Assembly (NCBI GenBank): GCA_965603825.1
Contig: CBFDEM010000047.1
Coordinates: 496,001 to 560,000, forward strand
Length of the DNA: 64,000 bases
DNA from: Blepharisma stoltei ATCC 30299
Taxonomy: Eukaryota; Protista; Ciliophora
Direction: 5' to 3'
Positions within the stretch are counted from its first letter, which is position 1, and the number at the start of each line of letters is the position of its first letter. The translations under genes were made by a program, and so were the position numbers. Shown piece after piece: positions 1 to 11,719 of the stretch. Below the pieces are notes generated by a model. The model worked only from the letters and a program-made list of their open reading frames with translations. It was not told the origin of the DNA and made no database searches.

Positions 1-675
1 ATGTAGATTCTGAATCATAGTTCTTCCAAACGGGTCATGAGGCTGGATCATGTCATAATTCAAAAACGCAGAATTAGGATACAGATTTGAGAAGTCTTCA
101 ATTAAAGAATCTGAGTGCTGGGCTTCCATATAAGCGAGCACACACTCTGCTAATATTAGAGTAGGCGCTGATATATTTGTATGTAAAACTAGTTTTTCCA
201 TTAAGAATCTGGAGTTTCTTAAATCTGCGTGCAAGAGTTTGTAGTCTCTTGCTAGTATTTCTTGGTTTGGAGTGATGGGAGATGATATCATGGAGAATAA
301 TTGGGGATTAGAACCAATTATTTGGCTTTTTTGGTTACAAACATCTTCGAAATCGATTTCGACATATTGAAATCGGGCTTCTGGCTTTTCTGTTCTTAAC
401 AGCCAATAAGCAGTATCAAAGCCAGCGCCGATGGAAATAATTTGTTTATTATCATCATCAATTCTCAAGAATTCTTCAACTGTCATTCTAACTCGATGGA
501 CTCTTGCCCAGTAGCCACGATTTATAAGAGGAGGCCTTTTCACTGTGTCTCTTGCAAAGAGTGAGATAAAAGGATCGTGAACATAGCCTAGTTGAGTAGC
601 ATAGCTATATCAAAATTACTTCTTTGAGGAAAGAGCATCTTGTGCTGTAGCTTTTATTGGCTGATCCTCTTGCAT
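1..675 (-). CDS. LCMT1: Leucine carboxyl methyltransferase 1 (PP2A methyltransferase), 3'-partial; absent from ORF track
   Basis: ATG at 675; MQEDQPIKATAQDALSSKN(intron 605-619)YATQLGYVHDPF...RPPLINRGYWARV...KQIISIGAGFDT, matching LCM family motifs INRGY.AR and SLGAGFDT. Confidence 0.9.
605..619 (-). other. 15-nt spliceosomal intron GTAATTTTGATATAG
   Basis: Removal deletes an in-frame TAA and restores the LCMT1 frame. Confidence 0.9.
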
Positions 676-902
676 ATTTAAGAATAGATTTATTCTGATA
701 TCAATAAATAAGGCAGAGAGCATAGTAATAATCTCAAAAATTAAGCAATTGGGATTTTTGCATGTTTTTATTTAATAATAAGAATATTGCATAAGGCATT
801 AAACTTAAGCATGCTTAAATTGATTGCATTAAAAAAAAAGTGTCCAGAATTGGGAACCATTGCATAATTCCTAATCAATTATGCTAATTATGATAAAAGC
901 GA

Positions 903-1622
903 ATGGAAGCTAAATCAAGCAGATTACAGCACCACACTCGTCTTCCATCAGTAAGTCGCAGAAAAAACTCTCCAAGCCGAAAATGCACAGCCAAAGATTT
1001 GCATCTTCCAGCACTAAGCACAAAAAGAAGTGCATCGCCTTATGCGAGCACATTACTTCAAGTGCCAAGATCTAGACCTCAAACTAAGAATCCCAATCAG
1101 GGGCATCAAAGATTGCTTAATTCAAAGTTTTTTACAAAGCTTATAAAAATTAGTGGAGCGTCAGCATCAACGGCTGATACTGGGGTTGATGACTCAGAAA
1201 ATCCTATAATAGAGCCAGATAGCCCAAAAATATCAGATTTAAATCCTTCAAACAATATAAAAGCTGCTATACATAAAATAGACCCTGGATTCCAGCACTA
1301 TCTTGATTCGGACATGACTTCTGAATTAAAGTGCGATCCAAGGGCACTGTTTAGAGAGTCTATTGAGATTAAAAGAGGAAGAATCATTCAATTAGAATAC
1401 AACGATGTTGTAATTGAGGATTCTCATTTATTGCCTCTAGATTCCGAAAGTCCAAAGTTCTCACGAAGAGGAGGTGTTAGCTCCCCTTTTGATTTGGATG
1501 AGACCCGAAATAATTCTAGGTGGAATTCACCAATTCCTCCTAGGCCTGAAACTCGAAATACATATATGAAGCCTCCAAATTACTGCAGGCATTTTCGATC
1601 TAATTCTAACTTTATATCATAA
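903..1622 (+). CDS. Hypothetical Ser/Arg/Pro-rich protein, 239 aa
   Basis: Open ATG-TAA frame with AT-rich flanks; no recognised domain. Confidence 0.65.
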   Translation: MEAKSSRLQHHTRLPSVSRRKNSPSRKCTAKDLHLPALSTKRSASPYASTLLQVPRSRPQTKNPNQGHQRLLNSKFFTKLIKISGASASTADTGVDDSENPIIEPDSPKISDLNPSNNIKAAIHKIDPGFQHYLDSDMTSELKCDPRALFRESIEIKRGRIIQLEYNDVVIEDSHLLPLDSESPKFSRRGGVSSPFDLDETRNNSRWNSPIPPRPETRNTYMKPPNYCRHFRSNSNFIS

Positions 1623-1903
1623 TTTTTTGTAAAATGAGTTTAAGTAAATATTATAATTCTATAATAATCAATGCATTTTTCGTTTTATTGATGGTTTTGT
1701 TAAAATTATATGAATAAAATACAAGAAACATTGTATTATTTATTATTTATTATTGAGGTTGATTTTAAAATAAATTTTAATGGATATTGATTTAATATAA
1801 ATGTATAGATCAAGTTTTTTTCCTTTGATATAATTTCTTTTAATCGCTTATAAATTGTTTCTCATCCCCTTAAATCAAAATTTAAATAATAAATAATTTA
1901 TCT

Positions 1904-3052
1904 ATGGAATCTCGAAAACCTGATGCGTGGGGAGTTAAAGAAGTCAGCGAGTGGCTCTCATCTCTTGAACTTGGCCAATATAAACAAAAATTTGAAGCAC
2001 TGTCAATAGATGGGATGCTACTTTTTGAAATGACCGACCAAGATCTTCTGAATGATCTAGAAGTGCCTGTAAGGCTGCATCGATTCAAAATACTCGAAAA
2101 CATTAAGAAGCTCAAAGAGCACTGTCTTTCTAATCAGCGACAGCAAGATCCAGAAGATAGCTCTCAGCAGCAAGCCAATTCAAGGGCAATCCCAGCTGAA
2201 ATCGAAGAAATCAAATGAGAAATGCTAGTTTTAAAAGCAGTTGAAGGACAGCTACTCAACAACACTTTCCTAATCGGTGCCGAAGGCGCATCAATTGGTA
2301 GAAATTCTGCCTCTAACGATATCGTTATTGGTGAAAGTTTTGTAAGTCGAAAACACTGCGAAATCCGATTTAATCAACCAACCAATCAATTCTTATTGAC
2401 TGATACTGGAAGCACCACAGGGACTTTTCTTATGGTAAGGCAGCCTTTGCGTCTTGAGCTAGGAATGATGTTCCAAATGGGCTTAAGCGAATTTAAAGTA
2501 AATAATGTCCGATATAACCCCTATGGAAAAATCACATCACTTGAATTAGCCATTTATGAAGGGCCTGCAAGACAAAATGCAATTAATGTTAGTGCAGAAG
2601 GACTAACTATTGGGAGAGACATAGCAAATGCTTATTGTATCAGAGAAGATTCACAAATGAGCTCGTTTCATGGAAAAATCACTTATGATAATGGAACTTT
2701 TTATTTGGCTGATATAGGCTCAACAAATAGAACTTGGAGAAGACTGAGTGGGGAAGGGCAAAAAAGTGAACCTTATCCTTTGTTGGTTGGAGATGTAATT
2801 AAAATTGGATCAACTGTCCTTGTTGTGCAGCTTCCTGATAGCTCTCAATTGCCTTCAGTGATAAGTTCTTCTGAAAAAGAAACAGGCGAATCTGTAGTTG
2901 ATGATGCAGCCTGCAAAATTTGTTTCACGAGAGAGCTAAATGTTGCATGCTATCCATGTGGGCATATGTTCTGCGATTTCTGTGTTTCAAAATCCCATAA
3001 CTGCCCTATCTGTAGAAAATATGTGCAAGACCTGGTCAAGCTGTATAAATAA
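1904..3052 (+). CDS. SAM-FHA-FHA-RING protein (putative E3 ligase), 382 aa
   Basis: ORFs 1904-2218 and 2222-3052 joined by in-frame TGA 2216-2218; SAM (WGVKEVSEWLSSLELGQY...IDG), two FHA (IGR..S.KH..GSTTGT; IGR..S.FH..GSTN), C-terminal C3HC4 RING. Confidence 0.88.
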
Positions 3053-3182
3053 AGTTAATAAAATACTATCATGCGCATAACAAATTATAATCTCATTTGA
3101 AGTCTTGATCTAAAAAATCCTTTAAAGCCCAGTCATATTTATACGATCTCTTAAATTCAAACTTTTTTAGAATAAACAATAA

Positions 3183-4919
3183 CTATTTATTGGATTTACT
3201 AATAAATACTGGTTTGAATGTACACTTATTCATTTCTTCATTTATTTTCACTTCTTTTAATTTTTTTATTTTGTCATCTTTTAGCTTAGAAGTGTTCATC
3301 AGTCTTTCATAAAAGTCTTGGCTTCTGGACGTCCTGCTTTTTGCCATAATTTTACCTGATCCTAAGCTGATAAATGATTTTTTTTCTGTTTTTTCAAGCT
3401 CAACTTTGGTTTCTCTTTTAAATATCTGAGCCCTTTCTTCAATTGTCATTTGCTTCATAAAATCTTCAAGCTTTGCTATAAATTTGTGAAAATTCAATAC
3501 CTCATTACTACAATCTAAATCAGTGAAAAATGGAGTTAAAATATGCATAATTTTTTGATCTAAATTTTCTTTATTTATATGCTCAGAAGAAATATGTCCA
3601 TCTCTATCTGAGTCCAGTATGTTAAATAATTTTTCATACTGTTTCTCTTTGAATTGCTTATAAATTGCTTTGGAATTTTCACTAGATTTTTGTGCCATTG
3701 CTGTGGCTTTTCAAAACTCATTTGTCTGCTCATTTGCTTTATCAATCATATTTAAATGCTTGTCTCTTTGGGAATATAGGTGCTCCCAAATAGGGACACT
3801 AGAATCTCCTCTTTCTTTTGATGTAGACTTAACATGAGGATGAAAAAGCTCTTGTCCTGTAGCTTTGTCAACTGAGACATCCGATTTATGTCTTAGATGC
3901 TGTATTTTGGCATCAATTGTGAATCTCAAATTATAAAGTCTGCCGAATACTTCTTCTCTACTGTTTGAAGCAGATTTTTGGCTTATTCTGGGACTATTCA
4001 GAGAAATTGATTTTTCGGAACTTGACTTGCTCCTCGATCGCTTTATCTCAGCTTCTTTATACAAATAATCTTTGCCCACGATACGATTTTTAGTTGCAAT
4101 TGTTTCAATGATTCTTGGAGAAAAAGAGCATTCTTTCAGTTCTTCCTTCAAAACATCTTGTCTTAGAGTGTTTAGCTTTATTTGGTAGTCTTTTGCTTTA
4201 TTAATAAGCAAATCTTCAGTTTTTTCATAGTTTCTAGGAACCATAAGCGTTGAATTCTTATTGATTTTAGGTTTAAACGTGCTTTCGCTTACTTTTTCTT
4301 CTTCTAGTTTATGTTTTATTTTCTCAGCGTTTTTTTTTAATTCTTCCTTTTTCCGGAGACCATTTACGTAAAGTCACTCTCCATGGTTTGCTGATGACGG
4401 TCGAGCTTTAAACGTCGTATCTGGAGAAGGAGATAGAATTGGAGTTTTTTGAATCTTTTTGTACAATCGAGTATATACATTTTGCTTTGGTAATTTTTTA
4501 GCAATTTCATCTGATTTTTTATCAATTTTTGGAGTGTGTTTTTTATTAATAAGCATTTTATTAGTGTTTACAGCCTGTGGAGACGGTTTTGTAGGGGTTG
4601 AGAGAAACTCTGCTAGCAATGCAGAATCTGGTGAAGTCGAGGTAACGCGATTTTCAACCAGTTCTTTGTTAGATTTAATTATATTTGCCAATGATAATTC
4701 AAATGTTTTGTTTAGGTTGTGGCTGGCGGCAAATTTTTTGGCAATAATTTCAGGATCGTCATTTGAATGGACTACTAAATTAACTTGCTTTTCATTTCCT
4801 ATTTCAATAGTCAACACAAAGAGCTCACTATTTTTTAAATTCTCATCTCCACTTGCTATTGGAGATTCGTCTGGGATATTAAAATCAATAGATTCAGACA
4901 AATCTGTGGGCTGATCCAT
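3183..4919 (-). CDS. Hypothetical protein with F.P repeats and C-terminal EF-hand, 578 aa
   Basis: Three track ORFs in one frame joined by TGA at 4374 and 3711; repeated C/STFKP.I motifs; EF loop DSDRDGHIS. Confidence 0.8.
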
Positions 4920-5188
4920 GTTTCACAAATATTTACATATTTTTGAAGTAATTTAGTTTAAACCATTGACCTGATAAATTAATCAATAAAAATCATAATT
5001 TTTCCTTTTGATTAGTTAAATAAGATGCTATATCTCAAGAAAAATTAATTTTATCCTGCCAACTGCTACTCTAAGATTTATTTAACTGATAAAATATGAG
5101 AAATTTTATATGAATAAAATTGTTGAATCGATAAAGAAGAAGATTTTCAAGTTTGATTAATATAATTTCTAATTTTATAGCCAATTTA

Positions 5189-6028
5189 CTAGATAAAAAT
5201 TTTTTCATCATAAAAGTCAATACCTCCTGCTTTTCTTCTAATTTTCACCGGATAGTAAACTCCATTTCCAACGCTAGCTGAGGATATTGGCAATAAAACA
5301 CTAATAATATTACTCCCAAAAATTTGCTTGAAATTATTCATCTTGCTGCCTGTATCAAAAACATTAAATCCTCCGATTCTCACTTCTAACGAACTTTGAT
5401 TAGTAGCAATAAGCCATATATGAAAGAGGCTTAAACATATCAGTGAAAAGAACATTGAGATTCCGACAATAGTACTTAATAGCAGACAAATTGATAAATC
5501 TTCATCGCTATAATAAAGCTTAATTCCACTTGAAGTTCCTAAAATCAGCAAATCAATTGACGTATAAACCAAAAACTGAATAAAATATTTATGATTAAAG
5601 AATCCAATACAGTTCCCTACTCAAGGACAATGATGATCCATTCTAAGTATGCATCTATCACATATTGAACAGTGATGAGTTCTGGGAGGTCTCGATTGAT
5701 GGCATTTATTGCACATTCCTATTTTGGCAGCATAAACATCTGCTTCAATATGATCAGTTGTTAGACCTTCTGTTGTATTGTTAGGCAAAAAATCAAAATA
5801 TTCGGGAATTGTCCCTGGATCAGTTGCTACAACCCTGATGTAGCTTCATAGAATTAAAACCAAATCAAAGTGGAATATGGTATAGAGGAAGATCAGGGGT
5901 ATAGATAGCTTTTCAGATGATATAAAACTTGAATAAAAGCTAAGATATAGGAGAGCCACGACTATGAAAAAAGCGAGTGCTGGGATTCCATAGAGTACCC
6001 TAAGTGCGTAATTTTTATGGAATAGCAT
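5189..6028 (-). CDS. DHHC palmitoyl acyltransferase, 279 aa
   Basis: [28 protein letters not shown](TGA 5621-5623)-VGNCIG; second TGA at 5846; TM helices. Confidence 0.92.
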
Positions 6029-6270
6029 ATTTAGCAAAACAATATATAGCTGTTTTTTAATTTAAATCAGCTTATATATTTTTTGATGTAATGATGCATT
6101 AGATTAGTTACTTAATAAGTCTCACTTATTTAATTCTTGATTATTATTTCCTACACATTTAATTATTAATTTACTATTAAAATTTGCGATTTTATCAAGT
6201 TTCACTTATTTCTTCATTCAAAATAACTTGATGTGCATTGACATTTTTAGCAGTTATTCTTATCACTTGA

Positions 6271-7788
6271 ATGTCCTACCCAAAGGTTCCTCCTAAACAA
6301 GCCCAAACCACTGCAGCTCGTCTATCTGAGCAAAAGAAGCAGCGCTTACTCAAGCTTCAGGAGCGCGAAGATCTGAAAGGCATGCTAATCACTAAATTCA
6401 AGAAAAAGTACGGCGACAAAGTGCCCGGGTTCATTGACAAAGAAGTAGAAAATTTCATGAAGGCTGAAACCCTAACTGAAGCAAATCTGCAAAAACTCGA
6501 CGAAAGGATCCGCAAAAAGGCAGAGGGCGACTATGATACTCAATCAGTGAGATCTCATCAATCAGTTCCAAAATCTCAACAATCAGCTCCAAGTGTTCGC
6601 TCAGGTGTGTCTCAAAAATCAAAAGCATCACGTCAAACTCCTGTGGACCAGCAGTCAGACTTTGATGGCCTTTCAGTGACATCTTCACAGGTCACAGCTT
6701 CGTATGTCCCTGATGACAACGAAGACGAATGGGCAGCTATAATTGATCATGACACCTTAATGTATAGAGAAGAAGAAAGAGCGAGGCTTCGACGTGAAAA
6801 TGAAAATAAAGTCAAGCTCAAAAGAGAGCTTGATAGGCAGCTTGGTGAAAAAGAAATCAGAAAACATATGGAAGTGGAAGAAAATAAATTATATGAAGAA
6901 GCTCAAAAGAAAAACCTTGAAATGATGGAAGATAGAGAAAAGCAGAGAGATCAAGAATATAGAGATAAAATTATGCAGGAAAAAGCTTTGAGGGATAAAC
7001 AGTTGCAAGAAGAAAAAAGAAGGAAAAAACTAGATGAAAGACAGCAAAAAGAATTGGACACCAAATTAGTGACAAGGCTCAAAGAAGAGCTTCAAAATGA
7101 GCAGATGAATTTTGAAGAGCGCAGACGTGAAGAAAGAGCTTATATGCAGCGGATGATGAGAGAAAACGAAGAAAATAAAAAGAAGCAGCAAGAATATAAA
7201 GAAAATGAAAGGCAAAATGATGTCAACTCGATGGAAGATTATGCAAGAATGCTTGATAGGCAAGAGCAAGACCGCCTTAACGAAATAAAAGCTCGTGAAG
7301 AGCGCCAACAGCAATTAATGGCCCGCATGGCTGATACAGTTCTAAAAGAGCAAGACCAGCGCAATAAAGAAGAAGACTTAATGCTTCTCAAGCAAATTGA
7401 AGAAAAAGAAAGACTCGAAAGACTAGAAGATGAAAGACGCTTCCAACGTCAGCAACTTCAAAAAGAAGAGCTAAGAAAATACTTGGATCAGCAAGTTGAA
7501 GATAAAAAGAAAAGAAAAGTCGCTGATAAAATGAACCATGAAGAGCAAGCAGATATGTGGAAGAAGGACTCTGAAGATTTCTTCAGACTGGAAGATGACA
7601 GGAAGAAAAGAGAAAAAGAAATTAATAAAGTCCATGCAGAAATGCTGAAGCAGCAAATGGCTGAAAAGGATTCAAAGAAAGCTAGAGCCAAAATGAACAT
7701 GGAAGAAGTAAGAATGAATAGAGACTTATTGAAACAGATTAAACAAGGCAAAGAAGGGGAAGAAGGGGAAGAAGAACAAGTTGTTTAA
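6271..7788 (+). CDS. Long E/K/Q/R coiled-coil protein (trichoplein/TPH-like, likely cytoskeletal or ciliary), 505 aa
   Basis: Uninterrupted ORF with charged heptads and a DEWAAI..D motif; family call by resemblance only. Confidence 0.75.
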   Translation: MSYPKVPPKQAQTTAARLSEQKKQRLLKLQEREDLKGMLITKFKKKYGDKVPGFIDKEVENFMKAETLTEANLQKLDERIRKKAEGDYDTQSVRSHQSVPKSQQSAPSVRSGVSQKSKASRQTPVDQQSDFDGLSVTSSQVTASYVPDDNEDEWAAIIDHDTLMYREEERARLRRENENKVKLKRELDRQLGEKEIRKHMEVEENKLYEEAQKKNLEMMEDREKQRDQEYRDKIMQEKALRDKQLQEEKRRKKLDERQQKELDTKLVTRLKEELQNEQMNFEERRREERAYMQRMMRENEENKKKQQEYKENERQNDVNSMEDYARMLDRQEQDRLNEIKAREERQQQLMARMADTVLKEQDQRNKEEDLMLLKQIEEKERLERLEDERRFQRQQLQKEELRKYLDQQVEDKKKRKVADKMNHEEQADMWKKDSEDFFRLEDDRKKREKEINKVHAEMLKQQMAEKDSKKARAKMNMEEVRMNRDLLKQIKQGKEGEEGEEEQVV

Positions 7789-7832
7789 GAGCTATAAGTT
7801 AGAAAAAATTAAAATTTAAATTGGAAAATAAT

Positions 7833-9848
7833 TTAACTAAGGTTGCTTAACTGCTCCCATTCGCCTTCGTAAGGATTGAACACCATGATAAAGACTTTGT
7901 GACTGTTAACTTCCATTTGGGTGGGATCGATGATAATTTCTAAAGGAGTTTCCCCATAGTGTCCTTGAAAGTGTAATTTCAATTCTAGCACTTGGTTGAA
8001 GTGTTTGGCGTATAATTTCATAGGGTCTTTAGTAAGCACTACTTGATTAAATCCAGATCTTACTTCAATCTTTGGGAAAAGGCTGTATGGGTCTTCATTT
8101 GAATCAATTCCTTGAAAATGCATACATTCCTTAACAGTTGAATGCCCTGGCTCTGCTTCAGAAAGTTTAGAAATTTTTACCCTTCTTACAAGTCTAAACT
8201 GAGGGATTTCAAGACCTAGCCTTTCCATAAGCTTTTCCATGACTGTATCACACATAGCATGAATTACGAGCTGAGCTTTTCTATCAAGAGGAGTCTTTTG
8301 CAGATTCACAATTACAAGTCTTCCTTGCTTCCCTACAAGCTCAGGGATGTTTGCTGCTGGGGTCACTCTTAAGCTTGATCCCATTGCAAGGCATAAATCA
8401 GAAATCGAGGCCATCTGAAAAGCTTTTTCCAAGATATTTTGATTCAAATTTTCCCCAAAGTTAATAATTGTATCTAAAAGGTCTCCTCCGCAATAAGGAT
8501 CATCACACTTTTGGCCTGTTTCATGCTGATTAACAAAAGGATTTGATCTAACACCGTAATCCCTCATATATTCTTTGTGGCATCTGTTGCAAACTTCGAG
8601 ATTTGTATTTCCGTGCAATTCTCCTAAATTTTCTGGAGGAATTCCACTTTTTCTATGCATACCATCAGTGTTTTGAGATGCTACATACTTTAGCACGCCT
8701 TCTTGCATGAGCTTAACAAAGCTCATATGAGTTAGCGTTGGGATCGCTTTTTCCATTGCTACTCTTTTGGTAGGCTTTTCAGGCTTTTTTCCATTGTGTG
8801 CTTTTCTTTCCCAAGCTCCTGGACCAGTTTGCAGCACTGTTCCATATCCGCTCCTGTAGTCAGGAATTCCTGAGCTTGTAGAAACCCCAGCTCCAGTAAA
8901 AGCCATAAAGTGCGAGGACTCTCTAATCCATTGAGCCAAAATATCAATTTTCCTTTCAAGCTCTTCTGGAGAGTCGAAATATTCTTTTTTTTCTTCTTCA
9001 GTCCTATGTGCTGACGTATTTGTGTTGACTTTGCCAAACTTTTTTTCTGCACACACATTATAAGCATCATTTAGTTCGTCACTTGCAATATATGATTCAC
9101 ATTGATAGCACCAAAATGAAAGATCACTAAAACTTAGGGATAAGCAATGAGCAGTTTCAAGGGCATGCATTAGCATGTGCTCTTTGATATAGCGAGAACA
9201 CTTAACAACTCCACATTTTAGACAGACCCAGTTTTCGCCTATATATTGGCAGTCTCCGCACGGATCAGTTATTTCAATATGTTTTATTGCTTCTAAAGAG
9301 CTATCAAAATATTCAGGTAAAATATGAGGACAGTCATATTTAGGGGATACTGCATACATCCCGCCAAACTGTCTTGCGTTTCTGGCTGCTGCGAGCTCTT
9401 TTTCAAGCTCGTCAACACGAATCCCATCTCCTGGCTCTAAGCGAGGCTGATCTATGTCCATTGGCTGAGACCTTGTTTGGACTTGTACAAAGCGAGTGTC
9501 TTGGTTTTGGAATGCTTCCACAATAGAAATTAATAAAGGGCTTGTAATATAAGAATCACAGTCATAGCACCAAAAAGAACAATCTGTGAAGCTGAAAGCA
9601 ATTGGATGGGATTCTTCGTTGTTATGTAATGACATATGAGAGTTTATATACCGAGAGCATCCGATAAAGAGGCATTCAAGGCATAACCAGTTTTCATTTG
9701 TATTAGAGCATAGGTGGCAGGGCGATTTTCTTGAAATTCTTGCATAAACATCCATATCGATTTTTACATGCCTAGAAATGTGAGGACAATCTTCTTTTGG
9801 AACTACTCCGAAGGAGCCTAAAAACTCTTGTGGTTGGTCACTTGACAT
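7833..9848 (-). CDS. Class IV (SIRT6/7-like) sirtuin with two N-terminal HDAC6-type ZnF-UBP domains, 671 aa
   Basis: Two CPH...C..C...ENW.CL.C...CSRY...HM..H...H....SF.D.SFWCY.C.SYI repeats; sirtuin motifs FTGAGVSTSSGIPDYR, SQNTDGMH, ELHGN, IINFGE, MGSSLRV.PA, VNLQKTPLD. Confidence 0.93.
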   Translation of the reverse strand: MSSDQPQEFLGSFGVVPKEDCPHISRHVKIDMDVYARISRKSPCHLCSNTNENWLCLECLFIGCSRYINSHMSLHNNEESHPIAFSFTDCSFWCYDCDSYITSPLLISIVEAFQNQDTRFVQVQTRSQPMDIDQPRLEPGDGIRVDELEKELAAARNARQFGGMYAVSPKYDCPHILPEYFDSSLEAIKHIEITDPCGDCQYIGENWVCLKCGVVKCSRYIKEHMLMHALETAHCLSLSFSDLSFWCYQCESYIASDELNDAYNVCAEKKFGKVNTNTSAHRTEEEKKEYFDSPEELERKIDILAQWIRESSHFMAFTGAGVSTSSGIPDYRSGYGTVLQTGPGAWERKAHNGKKPEKPTKRVAMEKAIPTLTHMSFVKLMQEGVLKYVASQNTDGMHRKSGIPPENLGELHGNTNLEVCNRCHKEYMRDYGVRSNPFVNQHETGQKCDDPYCGGDLLDTIINFGENLNQNILEKAFQMASISDLCLAMGSSLRVTPAANIPELVGKQGRLVIVNLQKTPLDRKAQLVIHAMCDTVMEKLMERLGLEIPQFRLVRRVKISKLSEAEPGHSTVKECMHFQGIDSNEDPYSLFPKIEVRSGFNQVVLTKDPMKLYAKHFNQVLELKLHFQGHYGETPLEIIIDPTQMEVNSHKVFIMVFNPYEGEWEQLSNLS

Positions 9849-10393
9849 ATTTTATAAGAGAAATGTTAAGCTTTCAATAAAATGTCAAATTCTGGTTAGA
9901 ACTGGTAGTATGGTATCGTGCGCCATTTTTCTTTGCAAGTGATGTCCATTAGAAATCAGCTATGAATTTAATTCAATGTTAACTTTTGAGTTGCAATTAT
10001 TTTTCTAAAATTAAAGAAGAGTTTAGCTTCATATTTAATGTTAACTATTAGGGAAAAAAGCCCTTATATGCAGTATTAGATTTTATAATTTCAAGTTTAT
10101 TTGTCTAAGCAATTAAAACTGTAAAAAGCTCCATATTTTTATAATAAATAGTTCTAATTTTTCTTTGAAAACCTATTGACGATAAAAATAATTGTTTAGA
10201 TAGTCATATAGATAATTGATAGATTTTAAGATTTTATTTCCACAAAATTCTTTTTGCTATGTGATCAATTGGCATATAAAATTTCCATTTATTACATTTA
10301 TAAAATTTCAAGCCGTAAAATCTATTCATTTCTGATAAAGAATTTATAATTTTACTTATTTTTATTATGCAGAAGATAAGTTATATAAATAAA

Positions 10394-11431
10394 ATGAGTC
10401 TAAAGATCAAACTTGTATACAATAAAGAGATTAGAAAACTCGTCAAACGCCCAGAAACAATTGAAGACTTAAAAGCAATGACGCAAAAGCTTTTTGGCTA
10501 CAAAGACTTTTGTTTCAAATACGAAGATACAGAAGGTGACATCATCACAATTTCTTCTGATTCAGAATTAGAAGATGCTTACGAGGAAGCAATCTCAGAA
10601 GATATCAAAAGCATTAAGCTGTATGCTGAAGAAGACAAATCTGTAAATGCAATAGCTGATGCTATATCTGGAATAAATGTAAAAAATGATCAAGATATGC
10701 TACCGATCAAAAGGCCTTTCATAAATAATATCAATTCATATGAAAGAAATGATTATGAAGAAGAGCTAAGAAAAGAAAGAAAGTATGAAACAGCTTGGGA
10801 CAATATTGGATGCGCTTATTGCAGCGTATACCCGATAACAGGAAATTGCTATCAATGCACAATTTGCTATAATTTCAATTTATGTGAGGATTGCTATTTT
10901 GACGGCAATCATATGCATCCCCTTGTAAAGCGTATAAAGCATGGACTGTTCGGCGGCAGAAATGTTTCTATATATATACCACCAAGCATGAGAATTTTAA
11001 ATACAAGTGGAGTGCAAAATGGAGAAACGGTTGAGCATGGAGGAGAAATCATTAAAAAATGAACAATATTGAACAATGGTGAAGCACAATGGCCACATAA
11101 CTGTACACTTGCTAAAGTGAATGGCCAATTAGAAATAGATCCAATTAATATACCGAAACTTATGCCAGGAGACATCACTGAAATAGTCGCAGTAGTCAGG
11201 GTTCAAGAAAGATCTGGCATATTCCATGGAGAATGGAGGCTTCAAACCCCAGCTTTTCAAATGTTTGGCGACGCCTTCAAACTTGAGGTGGTTGTAAGAA
11301 CGTTGAGCCACGAAGAAAAAGTAGCGAAAATGGTGGACATGGGATTTGGAGAAGATGCAAGCTTCGCTTCCTTGGTGGCACATAATTGGGATCTTGATGC
11401 TGCAATTGCTAGCCATTTAATTGGATTGTAA
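10394..11431 (+). CDS. NBR1: NBR1/p62-like selective autophagy receptor (PB1-ZZ-FW-UBA), 345 aa
   Basis: PB1 (KYEDTEGDIITISSDSEL), ZZ finger, FW domain KK-W(TGA 11060)-TILNNGEAQWP...GEWRL...FG, UBA MVDMGF. Confidence 0.88.
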
Positions 11432-11719
11432 AGACTAAAATAAATTAATATGCAAAAATAATTTAAGCCTTTAAAATTTAATTAGGGAAAATTAGAACCT
11501 TAGGATAATTTATTCCCTAGTCTCTCTGATTTATTAAATCAAAACTTTATCCCAAAATCTTAAATTCTAAGCAACCTTAAAAATGTTGATATTTTATAGT
11601 CAATTTTCATGGATTTTACATTTAAATCATTTATTTTTTGAGAAAAACAACTTAATATAGAGCCTTGGAATATCTTTGAGTAAAATTAATTTATTGAGAT
11701 GCAAGATAATAAAGAATAA

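Noticed and set aside
5621-5623. UGA as Cys (Euplotes code) or selenocysteine
   Set aside because: Informative TGA sites align with invariant Trp and with paralog TGG; none was seen at a Cys position
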